Of a stretch of DNA of 49,492 bases, positions 11,965 to 23,236 are shown piece after piece (position 1 is the first letter of the stretch; every line of letters starts with the position of its first letter). Source of the stretch: Mesotaenium endlicherianum. Taxonomy: Eukaryota. The stretch covers positions 446,921-496,412 of the forward strand of contig WELA01001462.1 in NCBI GenBank assembly GCA_009602735.1, in the 5' to 3' direction. The notes under the pieces were generated by a model. It was given only the letters and a program-made list of their open reading frames with translations. It was not told the DNA's origin and did not search any database. A program made the position numbers and the translations under genes.

Positions 11965-13788
11965 GTGATTTGGACTGTTGCACATTTCAGAGAGTATCTA
12001 TGGGGAAGACCTTTCACGTTGATCACAGTACACTCGCCATTACTCTGGCTCATGAAGAATGGAGACCTCACTGGCAAATTGGCTTGTTGGGCTCTCAAGC
12101 TCCAGGAGTACCAGATGACAGTGATACACCGAGCAGGTATACTCAACAACGACGCCGATGGACTCAGCAGGAACCCGGACCCATCCGCAGACGACAGAAC
12201 AGGAGATCAAGAAGACGAAGATCCGAGCAGCCCAGCAGAATTGGCCGCCTGCCTGGCCGAAAAGGCTAGAATGGTAGCCTCAGGAGAGGCTGAGCCTCTA
12301 TCTCTATTCAGTTCAGAGATCTGGAAAGATCAAGCGACTATGCATTGGCTGAAGACGGGAGTTCACATAGAAGGATTTTCGGCGAAAGAAAAGGACCAGG
12401 TGGGCTATCGAGCTAAAAGGTTTTGCTGGAAACGCAATAACCTATTCAAGATTGAAGACAATGGTCAGGAGAAATTAGTGCCAGAACCTACCAAAAGACA
12501 AGCTCTGGTGCAGGAAATGCGTGAGAATACTAGACACTATGGTGTCAAGAAGACATACAATCTTCTGGAGCTGTCTTATTGGTGGAGGGGCATGAAGCAG
12601 CAGTGTGAGGACATGATCAAGGCCTGTACAAGCTGCGATCGTGTTAAGGCTGGTTTAACGCAGCAACACCCACACCTGCAACCCCTGCCAATCATGGGCC
12701 TAGGCTACCGGTGGAGCTGCGATCTCGCAGGTGAGCAATCGCTGTCCAAGCGAGGTAACAAGTACATTATGGTCATGATTGAGCATTTTTCTAAGTGGAT
12801 AAAGGTGGTGCCTCTAATCGCCAAAGAAAGCTTAGGGACCGCGGAAGCGCTCCTCAATGGTGTGATTGTACGTCATGGAGCCCCAGCAGAAGTGCTGACA
12901 GACCAAGGGTCTGAGTTCCAAGGATCTTTTCAGAAACTCCTGGACAAATGCTTCATTGACCATTGCACTACGTCTAGAGGCCACCCACAAGCAGTTGGTC
13001 TGGCAGAACGGATGGTGCAAACCATTAAGTCTGCCTTACATAAATTTTGCCATGAGCATGATAAGCGTGATTGGGATCTGGCCCTGCCATGGCTGGTTAT
13101 GGGTTACAGATTTAGTAAGCAAGCTGGTTTGGCGAATTACTTGCCTTATCAGATTCTGTTTGGAAGAAGTCCAGTTGTGCCTAGCAGCATCAAGCAGGAG
13201 TTTGAGCAGGTGAAAGACCTGGACAATTACAACAACCCTGATGAACTGTTGAAGGTCATGTTGCGTTGCAAGGTGTTATTTGAGCACATGATGCCTGCTG
13301 CTCTGGACAATCTGAAAATTGCACAGAAAAGAGACACGCAGCGTTACGCAAGGACGCGAGATGGAAGCTACCGCTTGCAAATGACGCAGATCCAAGAAGG
13401 AGACTTTGTCTACCGCAAGCGCCAGACTAGGACCACCATTGACACCAGTTCAGGTCCAGTGATCTTACGCGTGAAACATGCGTTCGACAATACTGTGTTG
13501 GAACTGGAAGGTTGTGATGGAAAGACCATGAGAGATCACGTGCATAACTGTTCGCTGTGCCGTTTGCCAAACATCGACCCTACAGTTAAGACTGTGCCCG
13601 AGGAATTGGTGCCAGCCACGCCTTGTGCCAGCTGCAAAGTGCTGGATGATCAAGAAGCAATGGTAACCTGCGACAAGTGTGGTGCCCGTTGGCACACCTT
13701 CTGCATTGGTGAAGAAGAGATTATGGCAGGACAGTGGAAATGTCCTGACCGCCTTCCCAAAACTCCCAGCCACAGGGCCAGAAAATAA
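11965..13788 (+). CDS. pol: RNase H C-part, DDE integrase and C-terminal PHD finger
   Basis: ADGLSR; HYG...CTSC zinc finger; WSCDL / LTDQGSEF / GLAERMVQ catalytic core; CASC...CDKC...WHTFC...WKC PHD. Confidence 0.93.
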   Translation: MIWTVAHFREYLWGRPFTLITVHSPLLWLMKNGDLTGKLACWALKLQEYQMTVIHRAGILNNDADGLSRNPDPSADDRTGDQEDEDPSSPAELAACLAEKARMVASGEAEPLSLFSSEIWKDQATMHWLKTGVHIEGFSAKEKDQVGYRAKRFCWKRNNLFKIEDNGQEKLVPEPTKRQALVQEMRENTRHYGVKKTYNLLELSYWWRGMKQQCEDMIKACTSCDRVKAGLTQQHPHLQPLPIMGLGYRWSCDLAGEQSLSKRGNKYIMVMIEHFSKWIKVVPLIAKESLGTAEALLNGVIVRHGAPAEVLTDQGSEFQGSFQKLLDKCFIDHCTTSRGHPQAVGLAERMVQTIKSALHKFCHEHDKRDWDLALPWLVMGYRFSKQAGLANYLPYQILFGRSPVVPSSIKQEFEQVKDLDNYNNPDELLKVMLRCKVLFEHMMPAALDNLKIAQKRDTQRYARTRDGSYRLQMTQIQEGDFVYRKRQTRTTIDTSSGPVILRVKHAFDNTVLELEGCDGKTMRDHVHNCSLCRLPNIDPTVKTVPEELVPATPCASCKVLDDQEAMVTCDKCGARWHTFCIGEEEIMAGQWKCPDRLPKTPSHRARK

Positions 13789-13822
13789 AAGCTTTCAGCA
13801 GAAAGGCAGGGACGCCTCAGCT

Positions 13823-13834
13823 GAAAGGGAGGGG
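13823..13834 (+). promoter_or_regulatory. Polypurine tract of element 1
   Basis: GAAAGGGAGGGG just after the pol stop and abutting repeat B1. Confidence 0.85.
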
Positions 13835-14127
13835 TGTAAGGGAAAGTAAAGATAAGCTATCTTTTCAAAAGTTTCCGCTAAGTGTTGAATGAGAAACTGG
13901 TTGAACATGGGAAGCACTGAGTGTGGGATGCCTCACCGCATGATGCAAGTGCAGGAAGACCAGGAATGGGTCAAACCACAACCACTCTGTCACCGACACA
14001 CGTGCAAGGAACAATCAATCCGGTCGATTCCCACGTGCAGCGACGCATCGACACGTCAACAAAGTCGAAAGCACACGTGCTGAGAAGCCACGCACGCGCC
14101 AAGGGTACGACGCTGTTAGGCACGACA
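13835..14127 (+). repeat. Repeat B1 of element 1
   Basis: TGTAAGGG...CACGACA; matches 15321-15613. Confidence 0.95.
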
Positions 14128-14129
14128 GT

Positions 14130-15318
14130 TGTCGCGACTGCTATCCACTTAACGGTGCCGCACGCGCAGCGCACGTCACGGCCGCCCAGGTACGGGAAGT
14201 CAGCATTGACTCACCGACCAGAGGACTGAGGCAGCGGTCATGTTGAAGTCGTTGTCATTGTCGAAGTGGTCACGACACGTCACACCCACACCCAGGACGG
14301 GATGGGGATGTGGACCGAGTGGTCAGCCAAAAGGCTAGGGTCATGGAACCAGCAATGAGCCAGCCTAGCGAGTGCCAAGAAAGGTACTGATCAATCGGCT
14401 ATCCAAGCCAAGTACAGCAGGAATGTTGCAAAGGGCGTTGTGTGTCGCCTCGGCCAGGCTCTTAGGTGACTGGTCACGACCTGAGCGTTTATCCTAAATG
14501 CTGCCAGCCAGCCACATAGGCGTGATTGTCAGCTGGAAGGCTAAGTGGTCACGCGCAACAATCCCAATGCATGCATGCATGCCGAATGACAACTTCTAAG
14601 CTGTGTGAGAGCTGCCGGGTAAGGACGGCATGCAAGCTAAGCGCTGTGACTAAGCACTGGTACTCTCGAAAGACGACCGTGTGTGGTGCTTGTGAAAGGC
14701 ACGAGTCCTGCCTGAAGCTGCCTCATCCTTGCTCGCATTGTTGTCAAAGGAAGCTGAAGAAGAAGTTCCCAGGGCCGAGGTGCCACGCTTCTGCCGACGC
14801 TGGAAGATTTCTTAAGTGTCATAGAAAGGTTAGGCCTCAGGAGTTCCTAAGAGAGGATCTCGCTGGTGGAAAGTAGAGAGCTGCAGAATAGAATCTGTTA
14901 GGAGGTTAGTGCAGATTGAGGTCAAACACCGCAAGCGAGCGAGGGTTACTTAAAATAGTGAGTGCTGTGTTAGTCTCCAAGTTCTCAGAAGTCTCTATTG
15001 TCGAATTGCTGATAGCAAGAGTAGTACTAACAAGTAAAGCTCTCAGTGAAAGTCTGAGTAGGCCCAGCCAAGCAGTGAAGAGCTGTTAAGGCGCGGTGTT
15101 GAGCGAAGAGCTCAGACCAAGCCAGCATAGATGTGCAGTTCAGAGTTTTGTAAGCTGTGACTCGTGGAAGTTAAGTAAAAGCCTTGAAGGGCGATTTTCT
15201 CTGAACTTGACATTGCCTGTTAAGCTGCTTCGGCGTGATTTCTGCAAACTACAAACTTGTTCATTTTGTAAACCCTTAACTTGGGCGTAAGCCTGTGTGG
15301 AAGTAAGACGCTTCTGTC
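14130..15318 (+). repeat. Repeat A2 of element 1
   Basis: Matches 2423-3614; separated from B1 by 2 nt (GT). Confidence 0.95.
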
Positions 15319-15320
15319 CT

Positions 15321-15613
15321 TGTAAGGGAAATTAATGATAAGCTATCTTTTCAAAAATTTCTGCTAAGTGTAGAATGAGGAACTGGTTGAACATGGGAAG
15401 CACTGAGTGTGGGATACCTCACCGCATCATGCAAGTGCAGGAAGACCAGGAATGGGTCAAACCCGAACCAGTCTGTCACCAACACACGTGCAAGGGACGA
15501 TCAACCCGGTCGATCCCCACGTGCAGCAACGCACCGACACGTCAACCAAGTCGAAGGCACACGTGCTGAGAAGCCACGCACGCGCCAGGGGTAGAACGCT
15601 GTTAGGCACGACA
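15321..15613 (+). repeat. Repeat B2 of element 1 (right terminus)
   Basis: Matches 13835-14127; ends CACGACA. Confidence 0.95.
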
Positions 15614-15617
15614 TTGT

Positions 15618-16439
15618 CAGCTACAGGCTGCTATAGACGGGATAATGGCAGTGAGAGGCTTCCCCAATTGCGTGGGGGCCATTAATGTGTCTCACATTGA
15701 GATCCAAGTACCTAATTTGGGAGAGCCAAAAGCTTTCTGGAATACGAACCACAATTTTAGCATTTGCCTGCAAGCAGTCGTTGGTCAAAATGCCCTGTTT
15801 TACGACGTAGCAGTTGGTGCTGTTTGGTCAATGCACGACATGCGCATCCTCAAGCGCTCGTGGATAGGGAAGAAGAACATGGGTGGACGCCGGCTATTCA
15901 AGGGCCTTGCTATTATGCACAATGGTACGCGCATTCCTCCGTACATTCTCGGTGACGGAGGGTACAGCCTTGATCACTGGCTCATCTCACCATTTAGGAA
16001 CAGTATGGCACACCCTCTAACTGACGCACAAAAACGCTTCAACACGGCTGTGTCTTCCACGCGCATGGTTGTAGAGAGGGCATTTGGTATGTTAAAGTTT
16101 GTCTGGCGTATGTTTGGGGGAAGAGTTAACCACCCTTCATCACAAGGGCGCTTGGAGCGGCAGATCCGCACCTACTGTGTACTGTATAACATGCAAATAG
16201 TGCTAAATGAGGGTCCTGTAGCATATGAAGAGGGAGAAGATGGGCATAGATTGCCAGTGCTATTCGAGGTGCTAGCAGAGGATGAGGAAGCTCCGCCTGA
16301 AGACCCACATGATGTGCATGAAGGAGGCGATGACGAGGACGAGTACGAGGACGTCGATGTGGCAGTGGAGGACGAAGCTGCTGGATCAGCTATCAGGGTA
16401 GCTCTATTCGACTACCTCGGATTTAAAGCATTAGAGTAG
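15618..16439 (+). pseudogene. PIF/Harbinger DDE transposase (HARBI1-like), 5'-truncated at element 1
   Basis: GFPNCVGAINVSHI (first catalytic D appears as N), SICLQAVV, SMHDMRIL, YILGDGGY, FNTAVSSTRMVVERAFGMLK, CVLYN, acidic tail. Confidence 0.92.
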
Positions 16440-16896
16440 TACAGTAGCCCACATGGCCAGGCATTAGACCCTGCAGTGAAGTAGGCGTAGGCAGGCACTC
16501 GAGATAGCACCGTGCACAAAGTATGTATTTTTTCCAGAAAATAAATTATTTATCGTCTGCATCCCATTTGGTCCTCGACTTGCTTCTACAACCCTAATGT
16601 GCCTCCATGTGTCATCCCAACTCACGACAACATTACCTTAAACCTGCATAAGATACAGCCTTGTACTGTTTGCAAGGCCACCATCCACTGTGTGTTCACT
16701 GCAAAGGTTCTCTCGCCCCTCCATGCATCCGCTCAGCGTGCAGGTCCAGTTCCTTTTGGGAAGGTACACGTCCATTACCACCTTCAAAGTTCAACTCTGT
16801 ACGCATGCACAGGCCTCAACAATATTAATCATATATGTCTCACTTATACAACTGGATTGCATACCACTGTGTCCACTAGCTTGTAGCAGTTCAGCC

Positions 16897-18526
16897 TCAA
16901 GCCTCCTCCAACACTGCCTTGTGCAAATAGTGCCTCAAGTGCCTATTCCCCCTTACCCACTTCAAGCCTTCGGCCCCCACCAACATGTTGACGTGCTTGG
17001 TGTTGCACACGTGGACGTTGAATCCGTCCCTATCCCTGTCTGCAAGCCAAGTAGTGAACAGCTCCACTACTTGAGCACAGCCAAGCGATGTAGCATTGCA
17101 TTCTTCCTTAATCTGGTCCTCCACAAAGCTACCAAACAGCAGGGCGCGGTGTAAGGCCTTGCTAGTTCCAACCTTGTATGAATGCTCTCTCTTCTGTAGC
17201 CTCTCTAATGCACCCTACGGGATAATCCTCTGTGCTCAACAGGCGACTTTTGTCATGCTCATTACTGGCGAGCTGCCCACCTGCGGTAACGCTCAGGTTT
17301 GCCACGGCACATCCGCTGAGGTGTGACCTGCAAGCACCCAGTATGTGACCTTTGAGGCTGGTGGGAAGTCCTTGCACCTTCCGCCAGTCTTCGTCACTGC
17401 GGTCTCAATTGAACCACTTCACCAGAGCTGTTTATCCCCTCACCTGCTCTTCTGGTGTGACAATCTCTTGTGTTCCTGTCACGGCTGTTACCGTGGCGGT
17501 CTCCACGATTGTGGAGGAGGTCATAGATCGGTGCACATGTCCGGCCCCATTCTGCATCTGCCAAGCACTCTTGGGCCACTTTTTTGAAGGTTGAAATATA
17601 ATGTCTTCTTTGTTGCTGTACTTCCTCTCGTACATGTGATCCACCTGCAATGCTACCCTGTGCGCAAAACCCACAGGTATGGCATTTGCCAGAGGGAGGA
17701 GCTGCTGCCTGGGTTTGTTTATCACGCTTGTCCAACCCGTAGGAAAACCCTGCAATGTCTCAACCTAAGATACATGTAACAGTTGCAAGCAAATGCCTCG
17801 CCCTGCCTCCTCCACTACAAGCATTTTGTCGCAATTTTCGCCAGTGATAGTGGGGCAGAAGCCATAAGACTGGTGAGGATTGCTTTCATTTAAATTTGTC
17901 ACCCACACCCCTTCGTATCGTGCCCTGCCTCGAAGTCTGTGCACTGCACACCTGCACCCATTTGTGTTCTGACAGTACCCATTATGTCCTAGGATAATAT
18001 CACGTGGATCGCCAAACCTCATAGCTACGAGGATGACCCTCTCTCTGCTCCGTGGCTGACCAAAGGAGACGCATTGAACAATTCTATACGCCCAGTTGTA
18101 ACCCAAATGATGGAGTGCCGTTGTGACATCTTCGATGTAAGGCGTGCCGTCGTGTGTGTGCCTACGTAATATTCAGAGAACATTCTCTAATATGACCATG
18201 CTCACCCTCTGTTTGTCCAGCAGCCTCCACAAATGCGCTACCAAACCCGTGCGCTACAATGAGGCCGGTGCACCCATTGTGTTTGTCCGAGAGGACATGT
18301 CTTGGCATGGAAACCCCGCAAGCACTAAGTCTGTTGCTGGTGGGAATTCACTCAAACCACTCACATCCGGCAAAATCTGAATCCGTGGGTATTTCAATCT
18401 CAACACTTTGCCACACTGCACGTCGCTTTCTACCATGAGGATGACTTCGTGCCCTGCCTGCATGAATGGAATCTCAAACCCAGCAACTCCTGTAAACAAA
18501 CTACATATTTCTAGCGGTGGAGCCAT
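16897..18526 (-). pseudogene. Bacterial-type C5 cytosine DNA methyltransferase with C-terminal extension, intronless, with several in-frame stops
   Basis: One frame from ATG 18526 to 17162: I SLFTGVAGF, IV LAGFPCQDMS, VI VILENV, VII LGYNWAYRIV, VIII FGQPRSRERVILVA, IX ETLQGFPTGWT, X LANAIPV. Segment 16897-17124 is a possible frameshifted tail. Confidence 0.9.
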
Positions 18527-19448
18527 TGCGACGTTGTTAATTCTGAACAGAATAGAGTGTGTACTGAATAGCTTGTTGGAGGCTTGAGCGGTTCTCATAT
18601 CCAAATCATGGTGTGGGAAGTGCCCCTAGTCTGAGTGTGCACTTAACGACCGAAAATTGATATTTTTCAATTATAGCGCGATATATTGAAAATGAGGGGC
18701 CAAATTGTATAAGCAAGGGATTCTGGTGATCATACTTTGGGCTGATGTGGAATATGTCATGTGTTTGTGTGCTGTTTTGTGAGAAACTATGACTTCCCAA
18801 AGTATAATACTGTACTACGTACCTCCCGGATAAACAAATGTGTATCACAATAATATTATGCCTAATCTTTATGTCATCATAATATGCAAAAACACAATAG
18901 ACTGTAAGTGAGTAGTGAGCCAAAAATAGGCCGAGCAACTTCACAATTACTGTATTAAGCTACATTTCTGAAATATGCACAACGTAGCATGCCGTTCATC
19001 ACACCAATAAAATTGATTCCTAATGAGAACGACACTTATCACTGCCTGTATGTACATATAGAAACGAAAGGAAGGCAAAGAGCAGCAGCAGCAAGATGAA
19101 ATAAGCATCAAAAAGCATTATCTTGCATCACGAGCATGCATAGTGATCACCAGCATACAAGAGTTACAAAATCACAAATATACGTTTAGTACCTTTTAGA
19201 GGAGAGCTAAGGAGTACAAGGTTATGCGTGGAAACCAAGGACCATGCATAATGCGAATCGTTGCAAGTGATAGTCTGCAAGAGCGGACAAAATTCAAACG
19301 TTGCCAAACAAAAGGACAGCAGAAGATAGCAGCGCTCTCAAACAACAGACGACAACATTTTTAGGACCACAATGTGGCATGAATAAAAGGCCAAACATAT
19401 TGGGACTATTTAGGGAGCAACAAAACTAAATTACAAAAAATATTTGAC

Positions 19449-20144
19449 ATGCTTCAACAAGACAAGGCAATAAATATCAAATTTGACGAAATTAGCGCCA
19501 GTTTTTACCCCATGGTACGAATACGGGCTTTCCGTCTGGAGTCGTTTGTCGATGACTACTACTTTGCTGAAGCACACGGATGCAATTCACCAATAATCAT
19601 CGAAGTAACAATTATGCAAACCATGGCTGCCCTGCAGTCTCCCTCATGTCCACATCCAGTGTCCACCTTCCACGACTTAGAATATGTTTTTGAAATAGCC
19701 CATACTCTGTTAGAGAACGGAAAACTAGCAATAGAATCACAATTACAAACTCTCCAAGATGAGATCCTTAACTTGGAGATGGATGTGGGCGAGGTAGCAC
19801 TCACCGCCTGTCGTGCGAAAAAGGCGCGTCACGCGCTCGAGTTAGAAACTTGTTTGCAGCAGAAAAGCGCCGACCTCATTGAACGAGCTACGGCAGTGAG
19901 GAATGAAATGGCTAGTGAAACGCTCATTCATGCTGTGCTTCTACACAGCAGTCCTCACGACTCTCTTAATGCTCTCATGCTTAATACTCACAAATTCATG
20001 GCTGACAACCTGCAAGAGCATTGCAGCGCTGCTTTTGAGGCGCTCCTCTATGGGGACACATGTTCAAGTGCAGCAACCAAGTTGAGGCGTTATATTAAAG
20101 CGAGTGCAGCGCTGCTCAACCTCCCTTTGCCCCAGGATTTTTAA
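19449..20144 (+). CDS. Hypothetical helical/coiled-coil protein; true start possibly ATG ~19613
   Basis: 231-codon open frame rich in L/A/E, preceded by AT-rich non-coding DNA. No motif recognised. Confidence 0.45.
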   Translation: MLQQDKAINIKFDEISASFYPMVRIRAFRLESFVDDYYFAEAHGCNSPIIIEVTIMQTMAALQSPSCPHPVSTFHDLEYVFEIAHTLLENGKLAIESQLQTLQDEILNLEMDVGEVALTACRAKKARHALELETCLQQKSADLIERATAVRNEMASETLIHAVLLHSSPHDSLNALMLNTHKFMADNLQEHCSAAFEALLYGDTCSSAATKLRRYIKASAALLNLPLPQDF

Positions 20145-21010
20145 AACAGCACGTGCAACCTGCTGAAGGTACAAGGCCTGGTTCTGTGACCTCTTCATTC
20201 ATGCACCTACTACTTTGCATTTTCATTCACGCACCCTCTACTTTGCATCCTCAGAGTTCAAATTGCACGGGTGAATGGCCCTTGTATTAATATCCTGCGC
20301 ATCTTGCAATATGTCTGTCTCTTGCCGTTGCGTCATGATTGTGGCCTGTGTGGCCTTGTTTGAGCTGTAGCCCTGGGGACTAGCTAATCAAGTAACTGTA
20401 GTTGTCGCCAGGTGCCAGTGGCTGTTTGTGAAGGGAATTTACTCAAATAGCAACGCTCCAGTTTGCACACAAGTGTTGCAGGGCTGGAGGAGCATGTTGC
20501 AGGTCTGGAGGAGCTCGTCACTGCTCGCATTCAACGTAGATGAGCTTGTGCTACTATTTCATAAATTAGAATATATGGTTCCCTGTACAGTAGTGGTGCA
20601 TGTGGTCATTGGTCGGTGGACAATGGTGCAAGATTCGTAGATCACAAGTTTAGGATGTTGTCGTGTATCTTAGGGAGCCTCCATGGCTGTATGTGACCTT
20701 CTCCATGTGTTGGTGTTTACTTGCGGCAACACAGTCATACAGCTGCATGTTTGCAATTGCATACTCCGCAAACAGCTCACATACGTGCATTTTATTTCTG
20801 CATGTAGCATGATATATGTAATGCTTGCTGAGCCAAATAAAATTTGGAATAAAACTACACATTTGTATATGCCTACTCTACAAGTGCAACAGTACCACTA
20901 GAGCAAGGTAATAATTGCACATGACTAAGAATAGCGATGCTATGTAAACTCAACAACCTTGCAATTGCATTGCCTTTTGTCTGGTGTCCTCAAATAACAA
21001 CAGCGCATCT

Positions 21011-22580
21011 TCATTGCTGAGCCTGTAGCAGCCAATGCCTACAACATATTGGGCATGGCTTTTGAACCAAATCAAGGATCCCATGCAAGTGCAGCAAAAC
21101 GACACCGACATATATGCAGGTAAAGTAGAAAGCCCATCGATAAGCTGTAGGAGCTGACAGTGTCCGAACTGTAAATGCGGCAGTCCCAAGGGCGCATTTT
21201 TTTACATGCCATATGGGCTCTTCAGGAAGATTGTCCTCCAAAGGGGAGCGAAGACTGGCCCCATCTAGCCAATACAAGTGCAGCGTGCTTCATGAGGACA
21301 TTCAGGGCAGGGAAAACCACGCCGTCATACACACTCAGGTGCAAGATGCGCAAATTTGGAGTGAAGACAAAATAGTCTCGCTGCAGATGCTTGTTCACAA
21401 TGAGGTCCAATTCCTCTAGCGCAGGCATAAACGTCCTGGTGTGCGACAGCGTACCACCCATCGCCAACTTGCGCATGATGGCGCACAACGCGCTTGGTAG
21501 GGGACGCATGGAAGTCACATCAGGATCCCCAACCCTCCTTGTGTATGGGACCACAGATCCCACGTCGAGCGACGTCAGCTGGGTCATTCTGGACACGATG
21601 TCCATTCCCTGCATGCCCGCTTCTTTCAACTGCAAAACAAGTGCACACACAAAGCGTGCTTTGAGAAACAGCCCCGTTGCACAACCACTTCACACGCTAC
21701 GTGTAAGCTGTGAGTACAATGCTGCACTGCTTCAGGTGAGGATAAAACACACCTTTACGAGAGGCATGCGTGGCTCCTTCAGGGTGGTCATGCTGCTGAG
21801 GGACGTCACGACCTCTAGTGTTAAAGAGGGTCCAGATTTGACTTTCAGGTACACAAATGATGTCACCTGTGAGAGCTAGGCGGGTAGCGGGACCTTCGAA
21901 CCATTAGTGCAGACGCGTAGCTCCTTGAAGGAAGGCATAGAAGCAATGGACTTGCTAATGGGAAAGACATCACCTTCACCCCCGTCTGAAGACCTCAAGT
22001 ACATGCGGCGGCAGTCCCATGCCAACTTCTTCAGCTGCACCTGCGCTGTCAGGTCCATGTCTTCCAGCGCTTGCCTGAACCTCTGGCTGGCGTGGAAGTT
22101 ACCATCGCAGCCCATCGTGGTGACCTCTAGGTGCAGTTCTTCCATGCTACTACGCGTGGCCAGAAAGGGAGCAAGTGTTAGAAGAAGCTTGTCATCGCCA
22201 GTGAGATTAAGCCTGAAGGAAGTCATGCGCGGAAACTGTGTGCCTAGGGCAAGGAAGAACTCAGCCAAATCCGGTTCGTTCCCAACGACACCTATGGTCA
22301 CGTGAGTGACATTTGGCAACGTGCACAGCTCCGCAAGTGCACTCTGAATATCCCTCGCACGGTAAAAGAACAACACAACTCGCTTACAGGAGGCTTTCAG
22401 CAGCTGCCTCCAGCTACCACACACGTGGCACAGGTAAGCGAAAGTCGTCACGTCTACTACCCGTGGACGATCACCATGAGGATGGCGCCTTTTGGGATCA
22501 AAGGCCATGTGCAGAATGCGCTCCACAAGCTCATCCCCCAAGTCGCTAAATGAAGTCCTTCCTGCATTGCGGGCAGCACC
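21011..22580 (-). pseudogene. F-box plus LRR-like protein
   Basis: SFSDLGDELVERIL...LCHVCGSWRQL F-box pattern. LRR-like units LPNVTHVTI, FPRMTSFRL, SMEELHL, QLTSLDV, ALEELDL, PNLRILHL. Stop at 21876, probable intron ~21630-21755 and a frameshift ~21270. Confidence 0.7.
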
Positions 22581-23236
22581 TGTACAAAACGTAAGGACGT
22601 ACACAATGTGTGGCGTACACAACATTGCGCAGTCAGGTTAGCTATTGAGGGTGTGGGACAGGTACAGGAGCCAGTAGGTACAAGACCTGCACCGAAGCAC
22701 AACTGTGCAGCACCAGAACGCGTATAGGCAACACAAAACGATATCCACGACAGGCAAATAGAGCAATGCACGTAGAACAAGGAATTCAATAACTTGACAC
22801 ATGGACACAACGATGCATGAAGATTTTTTGTTTTTTAAGCATGGGACTCGAAATAATGGCACATAGCAAGGTGCCCTCTTCTAAAATGCTACTCACTTAG
22901 CCCTACGCAACCTACATGCATGCGAGGATGTCATCTGCTGTACCCATCAGAGCCAACAGCAAAGTAAAACATGCAGGCTCTGATAAGTAAGCTGGTGCAG
23001 GCAAACTTTAAAGCCTACGGCTCTGCTATGTCGTGCGGCGGAACTTTCCCGCATGTTGCAGAGCGGTTAGAAGGCGACTGCGGGCGACCAGCAGCGGACC
23101 CCTCGGGAGAGGGCACTGAGGCTGTAGGTGTAGTCACAGCGGCCTGAATGTTTGCCATCCTGTTGAATGCAGCAACCATGCCATTGTCCACATTTCATTG
23201 CACTGCTAATTTCTTTGACAGCATTTTCAACTGCAA

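Larger units (their letters stand above)
2423..15613 (+). mobile_element. Ty3/Gypsy-type retrotransposon (element 1) carrying a C5 cytosine methyltransferase and a PHD finger; split-direct-repeat termini A...B-A-B; decayed
   Basis: Domain order gag(2x CCHC)-PR-DNMT-RT-RH-IN-PHD. Starts TGTCGCG (2423) and ends CACGACA (15613). Flanks TCGT/TTGT are a possible 4-bp TSD with one transition. Multiple stops and frameshifts. Confidence 0.92.

Noticed and set aside
2423..15613. Classification as a DIRS/Ngaro tyrosine-recombinase element
   Set aside because: It has a protease and a DDE integrase, the related family's solo has a clear TSD, no YR motif was seen, and the MTase is C5-type rather than the DIRS adenine type.
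16897..18526. Prokaryotic restriction-modification locus or bacterial contamination
   Set aside because: No endonuclease partner; it sits among intron-bearing eukaryotic TE genes and is decayed like them.
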